From the human T2T-CHM13v2.0 reference genome, Homo sapiens, in assembly GCA_009914755.4 (NCBI GenBank), contig CP086569.2, positions 24,640,001-24,704,000 on the forward strand: a DNA stretch of 64,000 nt, written 5' to 3'. The translations under genes and the position numbers were made by a program. Shown here one piece after another: positions 52,669-64,000 of the stretch. The notes beneath the pieces are model-generated. The model was not told where the DNA came from, searched no databases, and saw only the letters and a program-made list of their open reading frames with translations. Numbering within the stretch: position 1 is the stretch's first letter; each line of letters opens with the position of its first letter.

Positions 52669-54311
52669 CTGTGGGAAAAAAAGAGCAGTAACACTCATGA
52701 GAATGATCAGCCCCTACAGCCACATCCTCCTTTACAGTTTTGACAAAATACTCTTATATACCATCTGGTTTAATGCCACCAACAATTGGACAAGGTGTTG
52801 TCACAGTCATTTAGTGATTGAGAGGGATTGATATCATGGATAGAAAAAAAAATGTCAAAACTGGAACTGAAACTCAGTCCTCTGACTCCAAGCTCTGGAG
52901 TTTTCCATGAATCAGCAGCTGCCAGGGACCAAAACAAGGGGTAGAGGTAGAAAAGTAAACATTAAGCAGGCAGGAACTGTAGGCCGTGTGGTTTAGAGTC
53001 ATACATCCTCACAGGTCTGCTAGCGTGAAAAAGCACACCAGTACCTCCCACACTTTCATATCAATGTGTCTTCATGGCAGAAGGCAGCTTTTCTGTTAAA
53101 TCTGGGAATTTATCAGAAAGAGGACAACCCAAGCCTCATTTCAGAGAGAAGTCTGGTATACACTTGGAAACCTATGTGTCTGTCATCCCTAAGTACATTA
53201 ATGTTTTTTCTCAAGAGAATCAAGGGAAAATGATGCTTCAGAAAGATGTCCCACATTTATCCTGTGGCACTCAAAGTACCCTAGGTTGAGATGATATGAG
53301 GAAGATTCAAGCTGTCAAGTTCAGTTTCCCAAGATCTATTCCACAGAAGATGAGCAAATCTCACTTCAGAGACCACTGACTGAAGGTCAGTCTGGTCCCA
53401 GAACCATGGAGAACTCAGAAAATATGTTAAAGTCTCTCTGGAAGGTATAAGCCTGGGAGAAAACCAAACCAAACCCATTCTCCCATTGCTGCCCAGAGAT
53501 ACTGTCAATGTTTTGAGCTCACAGGAAGTGTAAGCTTTTCACACTGTGAATTAGACATTGTTCACGGTGTAAAGCAGCCTGAAACTTCTTGCTCATAAGT
53601 CCCATAGTCCCCACTCCCCTTCCAGCTGGAAATTTGTGCTGCAACCAGAGGAACCAGAAATGGGGTGAGAAAACTTAGGGGACTGGGTTGTAAAATCAAA
53701 GGCCGGTCTTGCAGCAGTAATGACAGTTCCTCGTGGGACTGTGACATCACTACATTCCACTCCTCCCAGGGGAGGGGACCACATCGGCTTGATGCCCAAG
53801 TTGCCGCTCCATGATGGGGGAGGGAAACACAGGGTTTTGACCCAGGTCCTCGGAGATGCCAGTCCAAGAAGCCCAGGGAGGTCGAGCTTGGGGCAGCAAG
53901 AGGGGAGGGCCGAGTCTGCAGTAGGGAGCCCCGGGAGTCAAAAAAGTCACCCAGGTATGACTGGCCAGGGCGGGGCCCGGGGCTGGGGGACCCAGCTCCT
54001 GGGAGACACAAGCCCAAAGAGCCCAGGGAGGTTGGGCTTGGGGTGGCAGGAGGTGAGGTCCGAGTATGGAGCAGGGAGCCCCAGGAGTCACCCTCCCAAA
54101 GTCACCCTGTGGTGACTGGCAAGGGCAAGGACTGAGTGGCTTGCTGAAGGGGTGGGGCTGACTGACAAGACTTTGGTTGGGGGAGCCCAGAGGCGCTGGT
54201 GTTGGGGGGCCTAGTCTGGTATGCCTCAGGAGTGGTATGGACTCTGCCACCGGTCTTGTCATCGGAGGGGATCTGTGGCTGGGTTGGGGGCCATGACCTG
54301 GTGCGTTTTAC

Positions 54312-54395
54312 CTTTTTCTTGGCTGCAGCCAATTTCCCCTGTTGTGTGTTTTCTGACATCGTGGGGTGGGGAGGGAGGCGGGGTTGGGGCCACAT
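54312..54395 (-). CDS. GOLGA6L-family exon 1 (84 nt, initiator ATG). Present only in the right arm.
   Basis: ATGTGGCCCCAACCCCGCCTCCCTCCCCACCCCACGATGTCAGAAAACACACAACAGGGGAAATTGGCTGCAGCCAAGAAAAAG followed by gtaaaacgcacc. This N-terminus, MWPQPRLPPHP, is the signature of GOLGA6/GOLGA8 proteins. Confidence 0.8.
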
Positions 54396-54599
54396 CAGCA
54401 AAATCCCAGTGAGCACTGCTGAATGCCTCCAGTCACCTACAAGGCAGCTGTGCGACTGAACCACAGGTGGTGTAACCAGGGCACCAATGTAACACAGAAT
54501 AGGGGCTTGGCCTTAATGCTCCAAGCCCATTGGTCAGTGAGAAAGATGAAAGGGAAAGGAGGCGTGTCCAGGCAGCAGCATGTCCAGAGGGACCTGTGG

Positions 54600-54700
54600 C
54601 ATCATAAGGAAAGCTGGCCATGCAACTGCTGTCCCCGCCCACTAAGAGAGAGGGGAGGGGCCGCCCAATCTGGGAGAGGGGAGGGGCTGGCTTTTGCTTT
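54600..54700 (-). promoter_or_regulatory. Putative core promoter of the right-arm golgin copy: inverted CCAAT box plus two GC boxes, 200-300 bp upstream of the ATG.
   Basis: On the minus strand: …cagattgggcggcccctcccctctctcttagtgggcggggacagc…. The whole 54313-54892 block is missing from the left arm. Confidence 0.4.
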
Positions 54701-55025
54701 AAAAGCTTTAAAACTGTAAAAAATAAACTTTAAAAAATATATGTGTGTATACTTTATATATGTGTGTCTGTGTGTATCTATGTGTTCCTCCAGAGCTGTC
54801 TTCATTATCCAGCTTCTATGCAAAGTCTATGATTTTGGCCTATATTTTTCATCTTCAAATGGAACACAAGAATTACCAGTATTACCTTAACTGAAATATA
54901 GATCCTATATAAATGGAAAATCCATAGAATTCTTGATGATTAATGAAGCCAACTATAGTATCCGACATTCCAATAACAGAAAATAATCACAATGATTTCT
55001 CTTTTTTGGAAAAATGTTTGTCTTA

Positions 55026-55454
<429 letters not shown>

Positions 55455-56651
55455 TTAAAGCTCTTTACTGGTTTAAAACAAATACAAGGCCCATTTTTCT
55501 AGAATCACCTGGCCTCTCTAAGCCTTGCAAATGAAACTGAATTTCTCACTTGATACCTGGCTATGACTTGCAATCATGAAAACCAAGAATTGTGTTATGT
55601 CACTGTGTATTGCTTGTTACCTGAAATCCACACTAGGCTGGGATCAAGGGTTGAATCTTTCATGATTTTCTCCATAACCTGTGTGCTTCTTATCCCAGAC
55701 CAAACTAAGCTTTTTTCTAGAGTTCTACAATTTACACTTAATAGACAAGAGTGGTTCTCAAAATGTAGTCTATGGACTAGCAGCACCAGCAGCACCTGAG
55801 ACCTTTTTATAAGTGCAAATTCTCAGGCCCCACCCTGGACCTGGTGAATCAGAAACTCTGGAGTAGGGTTCAGCAATCTGTGCTGCAGTAATCCCTCCAG
55901 GTGTTCAAGAACCTCTGGCATACAGCAGTTAGTAAAATGTGTTTACTTCTGTAGGTCCAAAGCCAGGGTTGCCATATGGTCTGCCTTGTTATGAAACAAT
56001 GACATGCAATTAAAAGACAAGAATCTCCTTCCTACTCGCACCCTCCATCCAATGTGTTTTATTTTTATGAGTTCCATAAGAAAAACAAGTGGCAATCAGA
56101 GATTTAGTCTAAAAAGTATGTTTACAAGTGTCCGTTCTCATCCAGCCTGATCGCCTACAAAACCATTTACATCCTCTTACATCTCAAGTTTTAAAAAAGT
56201 ATCTTCACAATGTAAGACTCAAGCACACTAGCAGTTCTATAATAAAACACCAAGTAGATCAGAATGTCCAACCTTACTAGAGAAGAAAAGTGCAATCATT
56301 GGCCATATTTTCAAATTGCATTCAACAGGAAATTTAAGTTTTGAATTTTTTTCACCTTCATACTTCCAAAGTAATAGAATTAAAGCAGAATATGCCATTC
56401 TTTCAAATACTCTAGCCAGGCAAAGTTTTACTGTATTATTTCTTGCTTTCAATGGATATAAAGCAGATTCCTGGTAGGCACATTCTGTGTACCTTCAAAG
56501 ATGCAGAACTAAACAGTTCCATCTGTTCAATATTAAACCAAAAGTCCTGTAGACCGCGGATGGTGAGTGTAATACTTCAGCACTAGCCCAAAGCCTCAAA
56601 TATGAAAACATACCAAGAACACCACTACCAAACAAAACTAAACTCTCTGTC

Positions 56652-56925
56652 AGGAGCAGTAGCTGACACCTGTAATCCCAGCACTTTGGCAAGCTGAGGT
56701 GGGAGGATTACTTGAAGTCAGGAGTTCAAGACTAGCCTGGGCAGCATAGAGAATTCACATCTCCACAAAAATTTTTAAACATTAGCTGGGTGTGGTGGCA
56801 CACAGCTGTAGTCCTAGCTACTTGGCAGGCTGAGGTGGGAAAATTGCTTGAGGCGAGGAGTTCAAGGCTGCAGTAGCTATGATTATGGCACTGCACTCCA
56901 GTCTGGGTGACAGAGCGAGACTTAG
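56652..56925 (+). mobile_element. Alu, counterpart of 2175-2445.
   Basis: ggagcagtagctgacacctgtaatcccagcactttgg…. Confidence 0.9.
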
Positions 56926-57029
56926 ATAATTACATTTTCTCCTGCTCCTGTTTACACTAAAATCACGAAGTTAAAAGGCTTTCAAATTTGGCAGGATAAA
57001 AATTAAGTGAAATGTGACTTTGGAGCTTG

Positions 57030-57345
57030 GCTAATGAAAGAAAGAAAGAAAGAAAGGAAAGAAGGAGGGAGGGAGGGAACAAAGAGAAAGAAAGGAAAGG
57101 AAGAAAGAGAGAGAGGGAAAGAAGAAAGAAAAAGAGAGAGAAAGAAAAAGAGAAAAAGAAAGAGGAAAGAAAGAGAGGGAGGGAGGGAAAAGAAAAGAAC
57201 GTAAGAATGGAAAGCAAGAAAGAAAAGGAAAGCAAGGAAGGAAGAAGAAGAAGAAAGAACGAAACAAGGAAAAGAAAGAAAAAGAGAAAGAAAGAAAGGG
57301 AAAGGAAAGGAAAAAGAAAAGAAGAAAAAATGAAATGACAAATTA
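57030..57345. repeat. Polypurine (GAAA/GGAAG)n tract, the right-arm counterpart of 1780-2060.
   Basis: Only A and G on the + strand. The Lys/Glu/Arg-rich ORFs here are artefacts. Confidence 0.9.
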
Positions 57346-57787
57346 CTTACTGGGAGAAAGTTTTTGTAACCTCAATGACAGATAAAATGCTTGCATCCTT
57401 AGTCTATAAAGAAATCTTTAAAATTACTGAGAAAAAAAACAAATGATTTTCAACTGAAATGGTTAATGGAGAAACTGGCATGTCTCACAAGAATAAAAAT
57501 GGCCAATGGCATATACAAAGATTCAAAAGCACAAGAAATCAAAGAAATGTCATGAAAACAATGAGATTTTCTGTATAAAGGCAGGAAAGATGACAAATGG
57601 AAAGGGGAACCTGGAGCTCTGTCCTTGTTGGTGGGAGTGTAACCTGAGTCACTTTTCCTGGAGAATGATTTGAAAGTTTCTATTAAAAACCCTAAAAATT
57701 ATTTTCCTCCAGAAATTCTACTTCTATGAATTTAGTCCAAAAATGTTTGCTCAAGCCCATTAAAATGTATGTATAAGAAAATTCACC

Positions 57788-58175
<388 letters not shown>

Positions 58176-59734
58176 TTACTGCCACAGAAATATGCCCAAA
58201 ATATAGTAAGTGACAAAAGACTACATATTACGATTCTACTTTTTAAAAGGTTTATGTGCATAAAAACATATAAAAAGCAACAAGCCACAATGTTTTGAGT
58301 GGCAAATTAAAGATTTTTCTTAATATTTGTCATCCAAATTATTACAAAAAGAATGATTTCCTTTATAATGAGGGAGAATTGTGATTTTCATTTATTTATA
58401 TTTAAATCTCTTTTCTTTTTCTGATTTTTTTTTCTCCTGTATGTATCCCATGTAGGCTAGAATCCCTGCCTCTTGAGGTAAATCAGCCCATTTTCGGGAA
58501 GTGCGCTACAGAAAGCTGCCCTAGCTTCCTTTTAAGAGATGTGGAGACATTTTTTATTTCAAATTGTTTTATCATTCTCAGATTATTTTGTTTAATATAT
58601 GAAATTGAGGAAAAGACAAAGGAAAGGCTGACTCCCTACCCTCCTGGGGCTACTCTTCCAATTTTTGCTGCTATTGTTTATATTAATATTCACTAGGTAC
58701 TAAAAAATGGGCAGCCCCTTAGATCATTTGTTCTTATCTCTTTCTCATAATCCTACTTCATTCCTTCATTCACTTATTTTTAAAAGGGTCATGTGTACAA
58801 ACACATGGTTCAGAAAATTTTTAAATATAACTACCTATAAAAGTATGTGGCCAAATCCCATTCACAGTCTTATTCTCCTTCTACAGCCAAACACTTTTAA
58901 TTGGTTTCTTATATATCATTTCAGAATTTATCTTTGCAAATACACACGTATATTCTTATTCTACTCTTCTCTCTCAACACAAAAAGTAGCATACCATACA
59001 TACTATACCATTCCTTGTTCCTCTTAAAACACACACAATATATGTGAGTTCTTCTACATGAGTACAGAGGTCTTTGTCATTCTTCTTTACAACCGCACAG
59101 TATTCATCGTTTGGATGTACCACAGTTTACTTAACCAGTTCCCTGTTGGTGGACACTGAAGTCATCCCTATCATACTATTACAAACAATAATGCCAAGCA
59201 TAACCACCCACACACTAAGTTCATTTCTGAATCTGCCTTTGATGAAGCCTCTATTTGAATCACCACAAAGTCACAAGGCTGAAAAGTTAGCCAATTTTTT
59301 AGTTTTCATTATGTGCAGCAGTATGTAGCAAAAGACTCCCTTGGGCAAAGCAAATGTGCTCTTTGGGGATTTACTGCATAACAATAAATGGATTAACACC
59401 AAGGAGAAATATTTCTATTTAACCATGCATACGTATGTATATAATGCATGCATATGCATAGATAGTATACAATAAATCCATCAAAGCATTAAGCATTGTC
59501 TCAGTATGGTGGATCTATGGAGTGCTTTGTAGACAGCCCTCCTTGCCTATCAATTCTTCCTAGTTTCAAAACAGTGAATATGTACTATTTTTGCAATATA
59601 AAATTTCAACAAATGTTAACTCAAGCCAGATACATTCCTTCAGTCTGTCCTATATTTGTATGGTGCTCCAGAGTGCTCAAATATCATGTCATTTAAAAAA
59701 TTTATTTATTTTTTTTTCAAATATAGAAACAGGC

Positions 59735-59845
59735 AGGGCTTTGCTCTGTTGACCAGGCTGGTCTTGAACTCCTAGATCCTCCTAGATCCTCCCACTTCCA
59801 CCTCCCAAAGTGCCGCTATTACAAGTGGGAGCCATCCGGCCCGGC
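59735..59845 (-). mobile_element. Alu fragment.
   Basis: Partial reverse-complement Alu (…gaccaggctggtcttgaactcct…cctcccaaagtg…). Confidence 0.7.
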
Positions 59846-60448
59846 TGGCTTCATTTGAGAAATATTTCCCCAGAACTCCATATATTATGAATAATTCCTT
59901 TCTTCTTGTTTAGATACCATCTTAGTCATATCTCTATTACCTCACTTGTCACATGATAATCAGTTGCTCACCCATCCATCTTCCTTGATTGCTCGAGAAG
60001 AGTCTGATTTTCAGCACCTTGAACAGTGTGCAATACATACATGCTTCATACGCAGAGAAGGAAATGATATCACTACAGTGTAATTATTCCCAGAATTCAA
60101 TGCCCGTATTTGTAGATTGTTCCAGATACTCTGCCAACAACCTGAGAATGTTACGTGTTTTCCCTAAAACTTCCATCCATTACTGAGTGTCTACGGTCAT
60201 AGTTAACTCAGTTGCGATGTGACCTCTGGCCAAGCCCATTCATAGTTTGTATTTAAGGTGATTTTTAATCTGAATTTTTGATTTTGATAGTTTCCTTTTT
60301 GTTTTTTTAATCTAGCAGTGTTTGGTAAACTTCTACATCTCTATATCCCTATGTCTTTGCACCTACTGGTCTCTGCTTGGAATAATAGCTCAAGGTTTTA
60401 TTCACCTGGAAAAAATTTCTACTTACCCTTAAAGAATCAGCTTAAATA

Positions 60449-60748
60449 AGCTGGGCATGGTGGCTCATGCCTGTAATCCCAGCACTTTGGGAGGCCAAGG
60501 TGGGTGGATCACCTCAGATCAGTAGTTTGAGACTAGCCTGGCCAACATGGTGAAACCTCATCTTTACTAAAAATACAAAAAATAGCTGGGTGTGGTGGTG
60601 GATGCCTGTAATCCCAGCTACTCAGGAGACTGAGGCAGAAGAATCACTTGCAACTGGCAAGCAGAGGTTGCAGTGAGCTGAGATCACGCCATTGCACTCC
60701 ATCTTGGGTGAGAGAGCAAGACTTCATCTCAAAAACAAAAACAAAATC
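60449..60748 (+). mobile_element. Alu.
   Basis: gctgggcatggtggctcatgcctgtaatcccagcactttgggaggccaaggtgggtggatcac…. Confidence 0.9.
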
Positions 60749-62867
60749 AGCTTAAATGATACTGTCTCTGAGAAGCCTTTATATCTTCCTATTCTTTCAG
60801 TAACAGTTGAAAATTCCTCAACTCTTAAAACATTTGTGCCTCTATTATTATGTATCAGGCACGGAACTGAGTGTCTAGGATAGAAAGATGAAACTGTAGA
60901 CCCTGCCCTCATGGAGTTCATGGTCTAGTATGGAAAACAGCCATATGAACAAATAACCACACTGTAGGTCTTCAGAGCTCAAACCCTATCCTAAATACTG
61001 CTAAATTAATATTCTGTGAGGTTTTGAAATTACTAGGGCCAGAGACAATATCGCTGTTTGGATGACTTTCCATCCAAGTTAATATTCCGCCATCATCATC
61101 AAAGGTGATATGTGTGTACCTCTTCCTTGCAACCCACCAGGGCCTAACACATCATATACCCACTTTTGAAATTAGGAAACAGCCTCAGAAGTCCAAGAGC
61201 TTGACCAAAGTAACTCAGCTGTTAGGTAGCAGAACCAGGTCGGTATGATTCTTCTTCAATATCCTCCAAGTTATATGGGCAAGTGGCCTCAAAATCAACA
61301 AAAGACAAGTAGAGGTTGATATGCATCAATGGAGAGAGGCTCAAAAGGAAGAGTTTATACACAAGAATAGAACAGAAATGTTCTAGAAGTATGTCTGGGG
61401 ATGTGAAGTAGGAGGGGGCACACCAGGTTTCACCTTGGTCAAGTGAATCTATAATTCCAACCTGGGCCTCACCCCTGAGCTCCAGACTTAGCTATCTGTT
61501 TTTCTCACTCTAATATAAAATCCATAGGGCAGGACTTAATCTCTAGGTTGTTCATCACAAATTAAAGCAGAGTCTGGTTTATAGTAAGTACTTAATAAAT
61601 AAATAAACAAACTATCAAAGAAGCTAAAGAAACATTCTACACTCTTGGGGGAAGGGATTACCATGAAATGCCATCTGTCCTTTTTCTTCTTTTCAGTATT
61701 TGGGGTGTTCTTCATTGAAAAAGATTAGCTTCTTCAATTAGCTCCCTTCTCTTCCAGATAGGAAGAGAGAGGGAGAGGGAGAGAGAGAGGAATAGAGAGA
61801 AGTTTCATATTTTAACTATGGTTCAATTCTAAGCATTCTAAAATTGTATTGAGTTTTTTAAACCACGAATTACAAGGGTGTTTAATTTCCAAATTCATGT
61901 AGCTTTTTTTTAATCTCTTCATTATTGCCTTCTAACCTTAATTGCTTCATATTTAAATTATAAATTATATGGTGTGGATGGTACCAATTGTTTTTTAAAT
62001 CTTCTGACTTGCTTTATGAATTAATATATAATTAATGTTTCACCCACAGTCCACATATGCTTGAGAAGAATATACAATATCTAATTATTGGGTACAAAGG
62101 TCTATATTTGTCCATTACACCATGTCCATTCACTGGTTATTCAAATCTACATATGGGCATTCCGTGTAACTTACTTATGGTAAGCAGGGTATGGTGAAAT
62201 CTCCAAATATGCTGGCAGACTTGTCAATTTCTACCTGTGGTTTTATCAGTTTTTCTCCTGCATTTTGAGGCTATTTTGACAGGTACATAAAATATGAAAA
62301 TTGCTACATCCTCCTAATTAACAGTCAGCATCAAGTTTCTTAATAACGCTTTCTGTTCCAAAATCCTTTTTTGATATTGAAGCTCCATCACTTGTTTTTG
62401 GTTAATGTATACTGCCATATCTTTATCACTCTCTCTCCTTTATAAAAACTTTCAATCTTCTCATATCCTTATATTTTAAATATGATGGATTAAAACAGCT
62501 GGATATTCTTTTATTAGTTCCACCTAACTGGTAACTTTAGTCCATTTACATTTGTTGTGACTGATTTATGTGGACTTCCTTCTATCACCTTTAGAATTTC
62601 TATTTCTCTCACTTTCTAATATAATTTTAATATTCCCTCCTGGGATTCCACTAAGACATATTTTAGACCTCATTCTGATCTCCCTCCCCCTACAACCCCA
62701 CCAACTTCTGCCCTATCATCTATCCTCATGTCTTTCTGTGTAACATACTGACTCACTTTTGGGAGATAATTGTCTAACCAATTAATTCTTTCTTCTGATG
62801 TCTAATCCATCCACTGAGGTTTTTATTTCAACAATTACATTTTTTATTTCTTTATTTCATTTTATTC

Positions 62868-63170
62868 TGAGACGGAGTCTCACTCTGTCACCCAGGCTGG
62901 ACTGCAGTGGCATGCACGTGCAGCCCTTGTCTCCTGAGCTCAAGTGATCCTCCTCAGCCTCCTGACTAGCTAGGACTATAGACATGTGCCCCATACCCAG
63001 CTACTTTTTTTTTTTTTTTTTTTTTTTGGTGGTGTTGGGGTATTTTTTACAGAAACGAGTTCTCACCATGTTGCCCAGGCTTGTCTCCCCAACTCCTGGG
63101 CTCATACCATCCTCCCACCTCAGCCTCCCAAACAGTGCTGGGATTACAGGTGTGAGCCACCAGATCCAGC
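62868..63170 (-). mobile_element. Alu.
   Basis: Reverse-complement Alu consensus with an internal poly-T. Confidence 0.9.
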
Positions 63171-64000
63171 TATATATTTTATTTCTGTAAGTTCTAGTTC
63201 ATCCATTTTCTTTTCAGGTCCTCCTCATCATTCCTGGTGGTCTTTCTGTTGCTCAATTTAATGAGTCCTTCTTTTATATTAGGTTTCACATGTAACTATT
63301 TTCTCACAATTCTAATATTTGAAGTCTGTGTTCTGTATCTGATAATTCCAAAACCTAGTCTTTGGGAAACATATTCATTGTTTCTAGCAATTCTCAAATA
63401 TGTTGTGTTGAGACTACTTGAATGCTGTGATTTGACTGAATTCATATTTGCCTGCTTTTAATCTTTGGGAATCCTACAGGCTTAAGTTAGAGATGTTTTC
63501 CTATAAAAAGTATCTGTGTCTGCTTCTGATGAGAGCTGTGGGTACAACTAACATGAGAGCACTTTACCACCATGCATAATCCTGACATTCTCTTGGATTA
63601 TCTTGGAGCATCTCAGCATTACACAAGGTTCTCAAATCTGGCTCCCCACCATTGCTCATTTATATACAGAAGACTAGACTGCTTAGTATAGGTGGTGACT
63701 CACTTCTTGCTACCCTGGAAAAAACAAAACGGATCTCTCATCTGAATGTGATCACAGACTAGGAAATTCTGAAGGTGAATAACTAGAGGCTGTGGGCAGC
63801 AGGGAAAGACAGGTGTCTTTCCTGACCATAGAAATAGGTCAGAAGCTGCCCTAAAGGCTGTGTGCTACAGCATTTCACTATTTAGCTCAACTACCATTCC
63901 CTCCATAAGTGTGAGTGGAAGTTTCTTGGAGCACCATATTGCCTTTAAACGAAACCAAATTTTTGCTCAAAAGTCATGGTCATGGAAAACAAAACAAAAC

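Noticed and set aside
58561-64000. Distal 5.4 kb with Alus at 59735, 60449 and 62868 and scattered small ORFs.
   Set aside because: No gene-like signal was found. It is plausibly a continuation of the right arm whose left-arm counterpart lies off-window, so the extent cannot be tested here.

Overview
This window is primate, almost certainly human, genomic DNA. It is dense in Alu elements and has two 3' L1 fragments, so prokaryotic-style novel gene systems do not apply here. The main structure is a large palindrome, a pair of inverted arms. The left arm runs from position 1, and probably earlier off-window, to about 15128. The right arm runs from about 40790 to at least 58560. Identical six-frame ORFs on opposite strands support the pairing, with coordinate sums of 59077, 59654 and 55945 in successive blocks, and I also aligned the two ends by eye. 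A spacer of about 25.7 kb separates the arms. Each arm carries one copy of a GOLGA6L/GOLGA8-type golgin gene, the 'core duplicon' found in chromosome 15q low-copy repeats. The left copy reads on the + strand and the right copy on the - strand, so they converge tail-to-tail on the spacer. Both copies are damaged in different ways and both look like pseudogenes. The spacer carries three partial gene duplicates, all on the + strand: exons 1 and 2 of a UBE2Q2-derived gene with its CpG island, an unprocessed CSPG4 pseudogene, and a 3' fragment of a DNM1 pseudogene. A GOLGA6L, UBE2Q2P/UBE2Q2L, CSPG4P and DNM1P block of this kind is the known architecture of 15q24-q25 segmental duplications (probably 15q25.2; a BLAT search is needed to confirm). 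I therefore read this as known but structurally unstable biology, not a new system. The observations worth a second look are the arm-to-arm differences. Three retrotransposon insertions distinguish the arms, and two of them hit overlapping target sites independently. One L1 junction carries an inverted copy of its flank. There is a promoter and exon 1 deletion in the left copy, a 1.83-kb exon deletion in the right copy, a 5.3-kb right-arm-only segment holding the canonical C-terminal exon, and a length difference in the 21-bp coding minisatellite. I did not map every intron of either golgin copy. Only the exon boundaries I checked against the sequence are listed.
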